A DNA stretch of 64,000 nucleotides from Rhizophagus irregularis. Lineage: Eukaryota. Positions 13,701-28,233 of the stretch are shown piece by piece (the stretch's first letter is position 1; every line of letters begins with the position of its first letter). The stretch is taken from NCBI RefSeq assembly GCF_026210795.1, contig NC_089434.1, forward strand, positions 1,178,001 to 1,242,000, in the 5' to 3' direction. The position numbers and the translations under genes were made by a program. Under the pieces are notes generated by a model, which saw only the letters and a program-made list of their open reading frames with translations, was not told where the DNA came from and searched no databases.

Positions 13701-14690
13701 TGAATTTTTGGATTGTCAAGAGGAAAAAGATTTAAAAAAGATTTGAAATTCGAATAACCTGATTTTCTTCTAATATATCCAAAATTGGTTTAATTAAAAA
13801 AAAAAAGGAAAAATAAAATTGTTTCTAGGGAATAAATTTAAAAGTGGGAGTTTTTAATTCATTGAATGACCAAAAAATTTCAGCATTATAAATTTTTTAA
13901 CAATAACACTAAATAAGAAGAATAAAAGAATTTAAACTGTTCTCCTAACTGGATTTCCAAAATTAGATTCCGGGAACTTGGCGCAGCTTTTCAATAATAA
14001 AAAAAAAGGGTGTTTCAGAATAACGCATTTATGGATAAATTAAAAAAATGACGCCACATGTTATACAACATCGTGATTAGGTTTATGTATCATCATATTA
14101 TTTATCACCCCCTTATTCAAAATTCCGTATTTTATTATTTTTTATTTATAGAATGCATTTATGTGACAAATAATTTGCAAATCGAAAAAAAAAAAAAATT
14201 TTTGTTTGTTTATTGTAAAGAATTTATTGTATTTTTTATTGTATTTTTTATTGTAATTTTATAATAATAATATGTTTATATAGTTTATAATAGTGGTTAT
14301 AATAGTTTATACAATGATCTCCTAAATTGGCGTAATATGAATGTTGGGTTATTGATTTATCTAAATAGATTTACTAACAAAGTGTGTCGTGCAAAAGGAT
14401 ATATTTATATAAAGGAGGTGTTATACTTTAAAGTTTTTTTTTACTTTTTGTTTTAACGGTTTTTCCTTTTTCTTTTCTTTTTTTTTTCTCTCTCTCGTCT
14501 CTTTTCTTTTTCTTTTTTTCATTATCTATACAATCTATACAATATCGATATTAACGAAATTCTTTTAGTTTTTTTATAAAAAAAAACAAAAAAAATCTTT
14601 TTCTCGTAATAAAAAAATCTTTTCTCGTTAAAAAAAAAAAAAAACTTTTTACTCTTTTTGAAAAAATATATATATATAATTTTAAAACTT

Positions 14691-16670
14691 ATGGCTCCTT
14701 TCTTACCAACTGATTGTTTATCTCAAATATTTCGAAATCTTGAAAAAGATCAAAAATCATTATATTCATGTATATTAGTGAACCGATTATGGTGTGCGAC
14801 CTCAATCGAATTCTTATGGAGTCGTCCTTTTCATTTTTTATATACTTGTCCAATTTCTTGTCCTTGTGATGAATTTATGAGAATTGAAAGATCTTCAAAA
14901 TTAATTCAAGTATATTTAAGTTGTTTGAATGAAAAAGAAAAATTATTATTAATGGAAAATAAAGTTCGTTTACCTTCTTCGGTAAAACAAAAACCATTAT
15001 TCGATTATGCTGGTTTCATAAGATATTTGGATTTGGACGAATTTTATACTGCTGTAAGGGATTGGATTGAATTCGCTCATGTTGTTAGTAAAGAAGATGA
15101 AATTTGTGAAGCTATGGAATCTCGAAAAAAATCAAAAAAGAATAAAAAATTAAAATTATCTACTGTCGTCAAATTTTTAACAAAATCTATGAAATATCAT
15201 AGTAAACGAAAATCTATGAGTGATAGGGATAGTGTAAGTAGTGTAAGCACAGGTCATAGTTGTACAAGTAGCACAAGCGGAAGTAACCCGCCTCCTAGTC
15301 CAATATTACCTCATCCACGTGAACGTTTAATCACTGAATATTTATGTAGATTATTAATGAGGAGAAGTACTACTTTAAAACAATTATCTATTGATAAAAC
15401 TCATTTAACTAGAAATGAAGATTCTAGATGTACTACTTTACCACCTTTAATTGATAGGTTTAATAATCATCGTTTCATACCTGATCAATATCTTTCTTTA
15501 CCTTCTTATCCAGGTGCTATCAATTGTTTATCACATTTAAGTGAATTTATTTGTACTACTCGTCAATCTAAAACAAAATTATTCGATTCTCTTTGTGAAG
15601 TTTCTCATCATATTCATACAATTGTGGTTACTATGAATTATCATTCAAATGGTTGGTGTGGAACTCGTTCTCGTCGTGAAGTTATGGAATTAGAAGATGA
15701 AGCTAAAAGTTTGGCAAATCTTATTAGTTCTCAACGTTCTTTACAAATCTTTGAATTACATCATTGTGAAGTTGGTTCCTCTGCTATCATTCAATCATTA
15801 CAAACTCAATCACAATCTTTAAAATCAATATGTTTTGATTGTGTTAGTTTTTGGGGTTGGGATCCTTTAACTCCTTTATCAAAATGTTTATTATTACAAA
15901 AACTTGTTTTTAGATCTTGTCATGGATTAACTTGTGAATTATTGGAACCTTTAACAAAAACTAAATTCCGTGACCTTTCAACCTTTTTAATGGATAATTC
16001 ATCAGCTCCTGCTCATTCTCTCAACATGATTATTAAAATTTCTGGTCATCATATTCAAACTTTGAATCTTGGACAATTTAAACCTCATCCTCATTCAACC
16101 ATACACGTTATTAAAACTGTGGCAAATTATTGTCCAAATTTAAAAACTTTTAGTTCTTACGTTGATGGTGATGAAATCGATCATTTGGTAGCTTTGTTTA
16201 CTTTATGTGTAAACCTTTCTTCTGTTACGTTAACTGGTCCACGTAATTCAGAAATTAATGTAGATGATATGTTTCTCCAATTGGCTCGACAAGATTTATC
16301 AAATCTACAAGAATTTAATATATTGGGTGCATGGTCTTTTACTTCAGAGTCATTACGTCAATTCTTGATGTGTTCAAAGGCTCCAATACGTACTTTAAGT
16401 ATTGATAATTGTTTTTTCACCGATGATCATTTGGATGTTGTCGTCCATTGTTTACAAAATACTTTAAAAACGTTACGATTACGTTTACATATAAGAAATC
16501 GTTTGAATGAGGAATCAGTAATTCGTGCAAAAGGATTTGTCGATGTTTTAGAAATTGAAAATTTTGATAATTATAGGGTAAGCAATAACAATAATAATAA
16601 TGGTGGTGAAAGTAGTATTTTTAAACACAAATTTTGTAAAAAGTATTGGATGGAGAGGAGATCAAGATGA
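14691..16670 (+). CDS. F-box / LRR-like protein, 659 aa, single exon
   Basis: N-terminal LPTDCLSQIF...LYSCILVNRLWC...LWSRPF F-box pattern, PLFDYAGFIRYLD motif and C-terminal LxxLxL/CPNL repeats. First ATG is at 14691; the ORF-track start is a TTG. Confidence 0.9.
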   Translation: MAPFLPTDCLSQIFRNLEKDQKSLYSCILVNRLWCATSIEFLWSRPFHFLYTCPISCPCDEFMRIERSSKLIQVYLSCLNEKEKLLLMENKVRLPSSVKQKPLFDYAGFIRYLDLDEFYTAVRDWIEFAHVVSKEDEICEAMESRKKSKKNKKLKLSTVVKFLTKSMKYHSKRKSMSDRDSVSSVSTGHSCTSSTSGSNPPPSPILPHPRERLITEYLCRLLMRRSTTLKQLSIDKTHLTRNEDSRCTTLPPLIDRFNNHRFIPDQYLSLPSYPGAINCLSHLSEFICTTRQSKTKLFDSLCEVSHHIHTIVVTMNYHSNGWCGTRSRREVMELEDEAKSLANLISSQRSLQIFELHHCEVGSSAIIQSLQTQSQSLKSICFDCVSFWGWDPLTPLSKCLLLQKLVFRSCHGLTCELLEPLTKTKFRDLSTFLMDNSSAPAHSLNMIIKISGHHIQTLNLGQFKPHPHSTIHVIKTVANYCPNLKTFSSYVDGDEIDHLVALFTLCVNLSSVTLTGPRNSEINVDDMFLQLARQDLSNLQEFNILGAWSFTSESLRQFLMCSKAPIRTLSIDNCFFTDDHLDVVVHCLQNTLKTLRLRLHIRNRLNEESVIRAKGFVDVLEIENFDNYRVSNNNNNNGGESSIFKHKFCKKYWMERRSR

Positions 16671-18106
16671 TTTTGAAGGAGATTTTTGTTATATTTTTTC
16701 TTTTTCTTTTTTTTTTATTTTATTTTGGGGTTTAAATGTTGGATAGGTTTAAAAAAAGACATTTTTTTAAAAAATAATTTAATGAACAATGAACAATTTT
16801 ATTTTATCTTAAAAAAAAAAATTATAATCTTTTTTTTTTAGTATAATTAATTTTCCTTTTTTTCTTTTTTCTTTTTTCTTTTTTCTTTTTTTTAGTATCT
16901 AGTTAATTAATTTTAATTTTATTATTACATTATATCACTTAATTAATAACACCTAATTTTTTATCGTATGTTCTTTTAATATTTAGTTTACTCCATCAAT
17001 TCTAACTCTGGAATAGGAAGATGAAGTTTTCATTACCCAAATTTTACCTAGGGCTTTTTTTGTATAATAATATTTATATATATGTATATATATATATAAT
17101 TTTTTGTAATATTTTAATAATAATTTTTTTTTTTGAATGAACGTTTTATTTTTTCGTTGATTGGTTGGTTGGTTAATTTGATTAGTTGATTAAGTTTTTC
17201 ATCCTGGTTTTTTATGATTTGATTTTTTGCGCGCGCGTTGATGATGATGATGGTATATCAGAACAATCGGATATGATGTTTGATGGTGATCACGTTCTTA
17301 TGTAAATTAAACATTGTAATTTAAGTTGTAAATTAAAATGAATAAAAAAAAAAAAATTTTTTTTATTGATTAAGCGTCATTAGCATCATTAGCATCATTA
17401 GCGTTTATTGGCGTCATCAGAGTCATTATAATTTTTAAAGGATTATCTCGTGATCGATATTCACAATTTGATGGGCTTATGTCATGCATGAACGTCACGC
17501 GCTGGCGCATATATCAATCACTGTTGGTTTTTTTTTTTTAAAAAAAATAAAATAAAATTATTATTTGTTTATTCCAATTTAGTTACAAAATAAAGTTTTT
17601 AATAATTTCATTTAAAATTACAAACAAAGAAAATTGTGAGAACAACTAAAAAATCTTAAAATGTTTAAAATAAAAATACTGTAAATATAAATAGTAAAAT
17701 GAAAATATATAAATAGCAAAAAAAAAAAAAGAATAAAAAATAAATAAATAATAAAAAATAAATAAATTTATAAATTTATAAATTTATAAAAAAAAAACTG
17801 TATACAGTATACTGTTATTACTGTATACTGTAATTTAAATAATAATTTGAATTTATAAATTCTAATTTCTTTCGTACTATGTTACAAACTATAAATGTTT
17901 AATTCTTTTCGTATCTAAAATAATTTATATGTTGCGTATCTAATAAATAATTTTATGTGAAAAAAAAAAAAAATGCTTTTTTAGTGATTAAATTTATTTT
18001 TTATAAATTTATTTTTGCAATAAAAAAATTTGAATTTTGTTCATTAATCAAATAAAAAAATAATTTATTTTGTAAAAAAAAATTTTAAAATAATTATTTT
18101 ACTTAC

Positions 18107-20204
18107 CAATTTATCAATCATATCAAAATGACGCTTCTTTATATTTTTTGTTGTACCTGTAGTATTATTTCTTCGTTAATTTGGACATCTGAAAAAAAAA
18201 AATTATTCATAATTAATAAAATTTTTGTAACCGATGAATAATGATCATACATACCATGCTTTGAAACTTTTCAATGTTAAATATTTTGGAGCCACCTAAA
18301 ATTATTAAAAATTTGTCATTCGTTTTTCTATTTCAATTATGAAAAAAAAAAATTTCACGTATTACGAATAAAATTATAATACTTTTAGAAGTCCGACTAC
18401 TTGATTTATTAAAATCTTCGACTAAATAAAAAAAAATTATCAACCAATTAATTTTAAAAAATATATTAAATATATTATTGCTATAAATTTAATAATTACT
18501 TACTATTATCAGGGATTTCAAAATCATATGGTGTACTGTGAAATGCTGTTAAAAAATTAAAGATATCGTAAAAAAAAAATTATTTAATAGTCGATATACA
18601 ACCTATGAAATTTCGAGACTATTACAATTAAAATATTTTCAAAATAAAAAATTTTCAATTATACCTTCTAGTTCTTCTGTTATTATTAAAAAAAAATATT
18701 ATATTAATATATTATTAAGACAAAAAGATTTTAATTAATGTAATTAACAATACCTTCTGTTGCATTTCTTGGTTCAGGTAAGGTTTCAAATTGATGAAGT
18801 TTACTCGTATACAATAAATTATTTGTATCTTTTGATTTTAAGCTATTTGATTTATTTATTTTTAAATTATTATTTGTTACTAATTTACTTGGATTATTTT
18901 GGTATGAAATATTAATTTTTCTTATTTCTCTATAAAGAGTATAAACATCAGGTCTTTTTAATGGATCAGCATCCCAACATTGTTCTATTAAATTTTTATA
19001 TTCTAAAGGAGTTCCTGGTACAATTTTTGGTCTAATACCATTAATTATTTTCATTGCAAGATCGTAATCATGTTCGTAATTAATAAACGGTGGTTGACCT
19101 GATGAAATTTCCCACATAAGCATTGCAAAACTATAAATATCAGATTCAAAAGTATATTCTTTTCCACTAATAACCTCAGGTGCTATGTAAGGAAGATTTC
19201 CATATATACTTTTTGAAGGTCTATTTGCTGGACCACAAAATCCAAGATCACTAATGTAAAACTTTTGAAAATAGTGAATATATAATATATTCTTAGAATG
19301 CAAATCTCTATGAATTGCATTTTCTCCATGAATATGATAAAGTGCAATAATTATATCATAAGTAATTTGAACCCTTTCTTCCCATGTAAGTTGATTATGA
19401 TTTTGATGTAAATATTTTCTTAAATCCATATCCATTTTTCTTATTACAAGCATATAATTTCCATCTGATGTATTTTGTGTTAACCCGTAACATCGAACTA
19501 TAGAAAGGTCTCTATTACTTATAGTTAAATGTGATTTAGCCTAAAAAATTTTAATATTTTGTATTAACATATTAATTGTTTAATTATCATTTTTTTAAAT
19601 ATATTTAGATGCAAACCTCTTCAAACCATCTTTGATTTTCACTTTCAACATTTCCTAATGTCTTAAGTATAACATTTACTCTTCCAAATCTTTTTAACTG
19701 TTGTTTTTTAGAATCCCACTTATCGTAACTTCCATCAATCCAAACTGCTTTATAAATTTCAGAGTATCCACCTTTTGTTAAAAATTTAATATTCTTAATC
19801 CTATCATATGGAATCCATTCAATTATCGTATTTGGCAAGATTGTTTCCATTTGACATTTTTGGATTAAATTATCAATATCAGCATTTCCAGACGTCCAAT
19901 TTGAAAATTTTATTCTTAGATGATTTCGAATACAACATTCACAATAAAATGTAGCCAAACATTCTTGATTACAACTTTCACAAATTCTTTTTGTTCCTGA
20001 ATTATTATTAATTTTATCCCTATCATAGCTATTATTCTCTATTCTTATTGCTTCAGTTTTTTCTTTTTTTGTAAGAGAATTATCTTCAAGAATTTTTTGT
20101 TTCACATATTCATGTTGTTTATGTATATTGACGTAAATATTATAATCAACTAAATCACGTGCTCTATTAACTGCAACAAGAGCAAAATCAATAGAGGAAG
20201 ACAT
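18107..20204 (-). CDS. TKL-family protein kinase, array copy K1 (3' end approximate)
   Basis: Exons 20204-19617, 19540-18754, 18676-18665 (12 nt), 18545-18504, 18421-18383, 18295-~18255, 18188-~18107. Motifs CESC..YCECC, KGGYSEIY, VILK, HRDLHSKN, DLG, PYIAPE, tail PRNATEEELEAFHSTPYDFEIPDNIEDF. Confidence 0.9.
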
Positions 20205-22105
20205 GACGAAATTTTCTTACAAAATTTTTTTTTTAAAAAAAAATAAAAAATAAATAGCTAAAAAAAGTCATATAACTCCGGTGCAACCATATAAATATAA
20301 ACGTTCAAGTCACATGCGACTGCTGTACGATATGGTTGACGAATTTTATTGGAGAAAAATTCTCGCAATACTTTTATTTTAAAAAAAGGAAAATCTACGT
20401 ATGAAAAAGATAAAAGTTGAAAAAAAATTAGATGATGAAATTTATACTATATTATTTGTCTCAAATATTTTTTTTTTAATAAAAAAAAAAAATTATTAAA
20501 TTAATAAATTTTTATTCATCTAATTTTTCATATTTTTTTCTCTTATTGTATTGATAATAATATTTTGCAAAATAAACTTGTCTGTAACATTCTTCTTTAA
20601 ATTTAATAACAATTTAATAATAATGATTATGCTTTATTCCATATTATTGACACTTTCCATTTTACCTTTACACACAAATTTTTAATTCACTTAAAAAGTA
20701 ATATCATTGCTAAAAGTCAGGATTTTGTGCAAAAAAGTAACAATTCCATAAAGTCCAGAACTCGATACGATTTTAATTTGAGATAAACCAATTTTGAATT
20801 ATAACAAACTTTTTTTTCTTAAACCAATCGTTTGTAATTAATAATTTTGTTAGTTACTATATGCCCGATTTTTCATTATAAATTTCGTGATATTACGCAG
20901 TCGAATCATAAATCAACCTAAATATTCAATAAAATCATAATTTGACGGTTAAAAATAAATGTTTGAAATAACATATATTAATATTATTTACAAAATTAAT
21001 GATTTTAGTCATGAAATTTATTTTAGCTTTATATATAAACAATATATATACACACCAATTAAAATGTGATATCCGGAGGATCTAAATCCATTATTAACTT
21101 TAAGTGTTAATCTTCGACCTGAAAAAAAAACAGAAATAAAAAACTAAGGTGATTTGAATTTTTTTGATTTTTAAATCTAATGCGTTAGTAGCAAGTAAAA
21201 TAAATTAAAAAAAATTAAATAGTCAAGGATGTACAGTATTTCAAGTTCAAATATATATGTGCGTACGTTGCGGGATTCGCCTTTCAAGACCTTAAGCAGC
21301 AAAAAAAGAGGGTAGAAGCAGCAGGCGTCCCATTGATAAAAAAGAAACCCAAGAATTATTATAAGAAGTTATCGAAAAGAAAAGTCGTCTTTCACGATTT
21401 CGTAAAATGAAAGCATTTACTTTTTTTTTGTTTATTTTTCTGAAATATTTTTCTGTGTACTAATCTTAAACTGTCCTAAAGAATTACTATTGAGGATGCC
21501 GATCCTGATTGATTATCTATAAAGGGTCACTTTCGTTATTGAAGTCCCGTGGTAAATTGCGCGTAGTAGACATATTAATTCGTAGTGATATTTACAGTAA
21601 GTACTATATCATTGATCGATCTGTAACATACTACATTATGATTAGATTAAAATAAAGAAAAATAATCTAATAATCATTACATCATATTAATTCAACATGA
21701 TTAATCTGAAGCATCTCGTGCAAATTTACTTTTATTTATCTCAATATAATCACAAAACAGCTTCGGCAATTTTATTTTAAATTACATATTAAGAAATTGT
21801 AAGAACGGCTAAAATATAAGTAAAAAATAATAAATAAAGTAATAAAAAAAAATAAATTGTAAATAACTTTATAATAAATAATATTGCAATGTTGATCTGA
21901 ATTTACAGTATAATTCCTTCGTATCTAAATAATTATATGTTGCAATATTATTATTAATCTATAATTCTTTCGTATCTAATAAATATTATATAAAAAAAAA
22001 ATTTTTAGCGATTAAATTCGTTATTCTTATTATTTTTGAATAGAAATTAGAATTTTGTCATTATCTACAAGTAAATAAAAAAATTTTAATAATTATTTTA
22101 CTTAC

Positions 22106-24187
22106 CAATCAATATTAAAATGACGCTCCTTTATATTTTGTTGTATTATTTCTTCGTTAATTTGGACATCTGAAAAAATATTCATAATTAAATAATTAAT
22201 AAAATTTTTGTAACTGATGAATAATGATCATACATACCATGCTTTGAAACTTTTCAATGTTAAATATTTTGGAGCTACCTAAAATTATTAAAAATTTGTT
22301 ATTCGTTTTTCTATTTCAATTATAAAAAAAAAAAATATTTTTTTCACGTATTACGAATAAAATTATAATACTTTTAAAAGTCCGACGACTACTTGATTTA
22401 TTAAAATCTTCGACTAAATAAAAAAAAATTATCAACCAATTAATTTTTTAAAAAATAAATTAGATATATTATTGTTATAAATTTAATAATTACTTACTAT
22501 TATCGGGGATTTCAAAATCATAGGATTTACTGTGAAATGCTGTTAAAAAAATTAAAGATATCGTAAAAAAAATTATTTAATACTCGATATACAAATTATG
22601 AGACTATTACAATTAAAATTTTCAAAATAGAAAATTTTCAATTATACCTTCTAGTTCTTCTGTTATTATTAAAAAAAATATTATATTAATATATTATCAA
22701 GACAAAAAGATTTTAATTAATGTAATTAACAATACCTTCTGTTGCATTTCTTGGTTCAGGTAAGGCTTCAAATTGATGAAGTTTACTCGTATACAATAAA
22801 TCATTTGTATCTTTTGATTTTGAGCTATTTGATTTATTTATTTTTAATTTATTATTTGTTACTAATTTACTTGGATTATTTTGGTATAAAATATAAATTT
22901 TTTTTATTTCTCTCCGAAGAGTTCTAGCATCAGGTCTTTTTAATGGATCAGCATCCCAACATTGTTCTATTAAATTTTTATATTCTAAAGGAGTTCCCGG
23001 TACAATTTTTGGTCTAATACCATTAATTATATTCATTGCAAGATCGTAATCATGTTCGTAATTAATAAACGGTGGTTGACCTGATGAAATTTCCCACATA
23101 AGCATTGCAATACTATAAATATCAGATTTAAAAGTATATCCTTTTCCATTAATAACCTCAGGTGCTATATAAGGAAGATTTCCATATATACTTTTTGATG
23201 GTCTATTTGCTGGACCACAAAATCCAAGATCACTAATGTAAAACCTTTGATCATAGTGAATATATAATATATTCTTAGAATGCAAATCTCTATGAATTGC
23301 TTTTTCTCTATGAATTCTACAAAGTGCAATAATTATATCATAAGTAATTTGAACCCTTTCTTCCCATGTAAGTTGATTATGATTTTGCTGAAAATATTTT
23401 CTTAAATCCATATCCATTTTTCTTATTACAAGCATATAATTTCCATCTGATGTATTTTGTGTTAACCCGTAGCATCGAACTATAGATGTCCATCTATTAC
23501 TTATAGTTAAATGTGATATAGCCTAAAAAATTTTAATATTTTGTATTAACATATTAATTGTTTAATTATCACTTCTTTAAATATATTTAGATTGCAAACC
23601 TCTTCAAACCATCTTTGATTTTCACTTTCAACATTTCCTAATGTTTTAAGTATAACATCATGTCTTCCAACGCTTTTTAACTGTTGTTTTTTAGAATCCC
23701 AATCATCATATGTTCCATCAATCCAAACTGCTGTATAAACTTCAGAGTATCCACCTTTTGTTAAAAATTTAATATTCTTAATTTTATTATATGGAATCCA
23801 TTCAATTGTCATAGTTGGCAAGAGTGTTTCCATTTGACATTTTTGGATTAAATTATCAATATCAGCATTTCCAGACGTCCAATTTGAAAATTTTACTCTT
23901 AGATGATTTCGAATACAACATTCACAATAAAATGTAGCCAAACATTCTTGATTACAACTTTCACAAATTCTTTTTGTTCCTGAATTAAGATTAATTTTAT
24001 CCCTATCATAGCTATTATTCTCTATTCTTATTGCTTCAGTTTTTTCTTTTTTTGTAAGAGAATTATCTCCAAGAATTTTTTGTTTCACAAATTCATGTTG
24101 TTTATGTATATTGTCGTAAATATTATAATCAATTAAATCACGTGCTCTATTAACTGCAACAAGAGCAAAATCAATAGAGGAAGACAT
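22106..24187 (-). CDS. TKL-family protein kinase, array copy K2 (3' end approximate)
   Basis: Same exon layout as K1. ORFs 23546-24187 and 22713-23435. Intact HRDLHSKN/DLG/APE. Micro-exon 22659-22648. Confidence 0.9.
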
Positions 24188-26146
24188 GACGAAATTTTCT
24201 TACAAAATTTTTTTTTTAAAAAAAAATAAAAAATAAATAGCTAAAAAAAGTCATATAACTCCGGTGCAACCATATAAATATAAACGTTCAAGTCACATGC
24301 GACTGCTGTACGATATGGTTGACGAATTTTATTGGAGAAAAATTCTCGCAATACTTTTATTTTAAAAAAAGGAAAATCTACGTATGAAAAAGATAAAAGT
24401 TGAAAAAAAATTAGATGATGAAATTTATACTATATTATTTGTCTCAAATATTTTTTTTTTAATAAAAAAAAAATTATTAAATTAATAAATTTTTATTCAT
24501 CTAATTTTTCATATTTTTTTCTCTTATTGCATTGATAATAATATTTTGCAAAATAAACTTGTCTGTAACATTCTTCTTTAAATTTAATAACAATTTAATA
24601 ATAATGATTGTGCTTTATTCCATATTATTGACACTTTCCATTTTACCTTTACACACAAATTTTTAATTCACTTAAAAAGTAATATCATTACTAAAAGTCA
24701 GAATTTTGTGCAAAAAAGTAACAATTCCATAAAGTCCAGAACTCGATACGATTTTAATTTGGGATAAACCAATTTTGAATTATAACAAACTTTTTTTCTT
24801 AAACCAATCGTTTGTAATTAATAATTTTGTTAGTTACTATATGCCCGATTTTTTATTATAAATTTCGTGATATTACGCAGTCGAATCATAAATCAACCTA
24901 AATATTCAATAAAATCATAATTGACGGTTAAAAATAAATGTTTGAAATAACATATTAATATTATTTACAAAATTAATGATTTTAGTCATGAAATTTATTT
25001 TAGCTTTATATATAAACAATATATATACACCAATTAAAATGTGATATCCGGCGGATCTAACTCTAAGTGTTAATCTTCGACCTGAAAAAAACAAAGAAAT
25101 AAAAAACTAAGGTGATTTGAATTTTTTTGACTTTTTGATAATAGTTCTAATCATGCTACATTTAAATCTAGTGCGTTAGTAACAAGTAAAATAAATTTAA
25201 AAAGTTGGTGATGGAAAGGTACAGACTACAGAACTGGATTAAATAGTCAAGGATGTATAGTATTTCAATTTCAAATATATATGTGCGTACGTTGCGGGAT
25301 CGCCTTTCAAGACCTTAAGCAGCAAAAAAAGAGGGTAGAAGCAGCAGGCGTCCCATTGATAAAAAAAAAACCCAAGAAATATTATAAGAAGTTATCGAAA
25401 AGAAAGGCCGTCTTTCACGATTTCGTAAAATTAAAGCATTTACTTTTTTTTTTGTTTATTTTCTGAAATATTTTTCTGTATACTAATCTTAAACTGTCCT
25501 AGAGAATATTGATGATGCAACTTTGCCGATTATGATTGTATTTTGGTTTGATTATCTATTAAGAGATTTAAATTGTTTGGTCATTTTCGTTATTGAAGTC
25601 CCGTGGTAAATTGCGCGTGACATCATATGTAGGCGAGGCAGCCTTACTAATTCATTCGTAGTGATATTTGTATATCATTGATGATTGACCGATCTGTCGT
25701 TATGATTACTATTTAGATTAAAATAAAAAAAAATAATCTAATAATTACATCACATTAATGAATGTCAATTCTTTGGTATATGACTAACTCGTGCAAATTG
25801 ACTTTTATTTATCAGCAATTTTAATTTAAATTACAAATTAAGAAAATTGTGAGAACAGCTAAAATTTTAGTGTTTAAGTAATATAAATAGTAAAAAATAA
25901 TTAAAATAAAGTATATAAATAAAAGGAACAAAAAAAAATAAATTATATAAAACTGCATAATAATAATATTGCAATGTTGATTTGAATTTATAATCAATCC
26001 TTTTAATTAGTATGTTGCAATGTTATATCTAATAAATATTAAATAGTAATTATGTAAAAAAAAATTTTTTAGCGATTAGAATTTTGTCATTATCTAAAAC
26101 AAGTAAATAAAAAATAATTTTATTTTGTAATAATTATTTTACTTAC

Positions 26147-28233
26147 CAATCATATCAAAATGACGCTTCTATATATTTTGTTGTAGTATTATTTCTTCGT
26201 TAATTTGCACATCTGAAAAAAAGTATTCATAATTAATAAAATTTTTGTAACTGATGAATAACGATCATACATACCATGCTTTGAAGCTTTTCAATATTAA
26301 ATACTTTAGAACTACCTAAAATTATTAAAAATTTGTTATTCGTTTGTCTATTTCAATTATGAAAAAAAAATTTTTTCACGTATTACGAATAAAATTATAA
26401 TACTTTTAAAAGTTCGACTACTTGATTTATCAAAATCTTCGACTAAATAAAAAAAAATTAACCAATTAATTTTAAAAAAAACATATTAGATATATTATTG
26501 TTATAAATTTTAAAATAATTACTTACTATTATCAGGGATTTCAAAATCATAGGATTTACTGTGAAATGCTGTTAAAAATTAAAGATATCGTAAAAAAAAA
26601 TTATTTAATAGTCGATATGTTACAATCTATGAAATTTCGAGATTATTACAATTAAAATTTTTCAAAATAAAAAATTTTCAATTATACCTTCTAGTTCTTC
26701 TATTATTATTAAAAGAAATATTATATTAATATATTATTAAGACAAGATTTTAATTAATGTAATTAACAATACCTTCTGTTGCATTTCTTGGTTCAGGTAA
26801 GTTTTCAAATTGATGAAGTTTACTCGTATACAATGCACTATTTGTATCTTTTGAATTTAAGCTATTTGATTTATTTATTTTTAAATTATTATTTGCTGCT
26901 AATTTACTTGGATTATTTTGGTATAAAATATTAATTTTTTTTATTTCATCCAGCAGAGTATAAGCATCAGGTCTTTTTAATGGATCAGCATTCCAACATT
27001 GTTCTATTAAATTTTTATATTCTAAAGGAGTTCCCGGTACAATTTTTGGTCTAATACCATCAATTATATTCATTGCAAGATCGTAATCATGTTCGTAATT
27101 AATAAACGGTGGTTGACCTGATGAAATTTCCCACATAAGCATTGCAGCACTATAAATATCAGACTTAAAAGTATATTCTTTTCCATTAATGACCTCAGGT
27201 GCTATATAAGGAAGATTTCCATATATACTTTTTGATGGCCTATTTGCTGGACCACAAAATCCAAGATCACTAATGTAAAACCTTTGAACATAGCGACTAT
27301 GTAATATATTCTTAGAATGTAAATCTCTATGAATTGCATTTTCTCTATGGATTCTATCAAGTGCAAGAATTATTTCATGAGTAATTTGAATCCTTTCTTC
27401 CCACGTAAGTTGATTATGATTTTGTTGCAAATATTTTCTTAAATCTATATTCATTTTTCTTAATACAAACATATAATTTCCATCTAATGTATTTTGTGTT
27501 AAACCGTAACATTGAACTATAGATGGCCTTCTATTACTTATAGTCAAATGTGATTTAGCCTAAAAAATTTTAAAATTTGTATTAACATGATATTAATTGT
27601 TTAATTATCACTTCTTTAAATAGTAAATACATTTAGATTGCAAACCTCTTCAAACCATCTTTGATTTTCACTTTCAACATTTCCTAATGTTTTAAGTATA
27701 ACATTATGTCTTCCAAATCTTTTTAACTGTTGTTTTTTAGAATCCCAATTATCGTAACATCCATCAATCCAAACTGCTGTATAAATTTCAGAGTATCCAC
27801 CTTTTGTTAAAAATTTAATATTTTTAATTCTATTATATGGAATCCATTCAATTATCGTATTTGGCAAAAGTGTTTCCATTTGACATTTTTGGATTAAATC
27901 ATCAATATCAGCATTTCCAGACGTCCAATTTGAAAATTTTACTCTCATATGATTTCGAACACAATATTCACAATAAGATGTAGCCAAACATTCTTGATTA
28001 CAACTTTCACAAATTCTTTTTATTCCTGAATTAGAACTAACTTTTGTTCTATCATAAGAATTAATTAAAATCCTTATTGCTTCAGTTTTTTCTTTTTTTG
28101 TAAGAGAATTATCTCCAAGAATTTTTTGTTTCACAAATTCATGTTGTTTATGTATATTGTCGTAAATATTATCATCAATTAAATCAAATGCTCTATTAAC
28201 TGCAACAAAAGTAGAATCAATAGAGGTAGTCAT
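26147..28233 (-). CDS. TKL-family protein kinase, array copy K3 (3' end approximate)
   Basis: Same exon layout. ORFs 27616-28233 and 26750-27547. Intact kinase motifs. Confidence 0.9.

Noticed and set aside
10606..14264. Short I/Y/F/K-rich ORFs in AT-rich intergenic DNA (also 3248-4090, 43485-44946, 62361-62543)
   Set aside because: Low-complexity chance ORFs from poly-A/T and TA repeats with no motif support. The true first exon at 10766-10683 is in a different frame from ORF 10606-10836.
17375..17430. 9-bp gcatcatta micro-repeat; also actgtatacagt repeats at ~17797-17831
   Set aside because: Short simple repeats with no further structure.
18731..20204. Treating each array unit's two ORFs as two separate genes (e.g. 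a toxin-antitoxin-like pair)
   Set aside because: They are exons 1 and 2 of one kinase, joined in frame over a GT-AG intron (FEE|AKSH).
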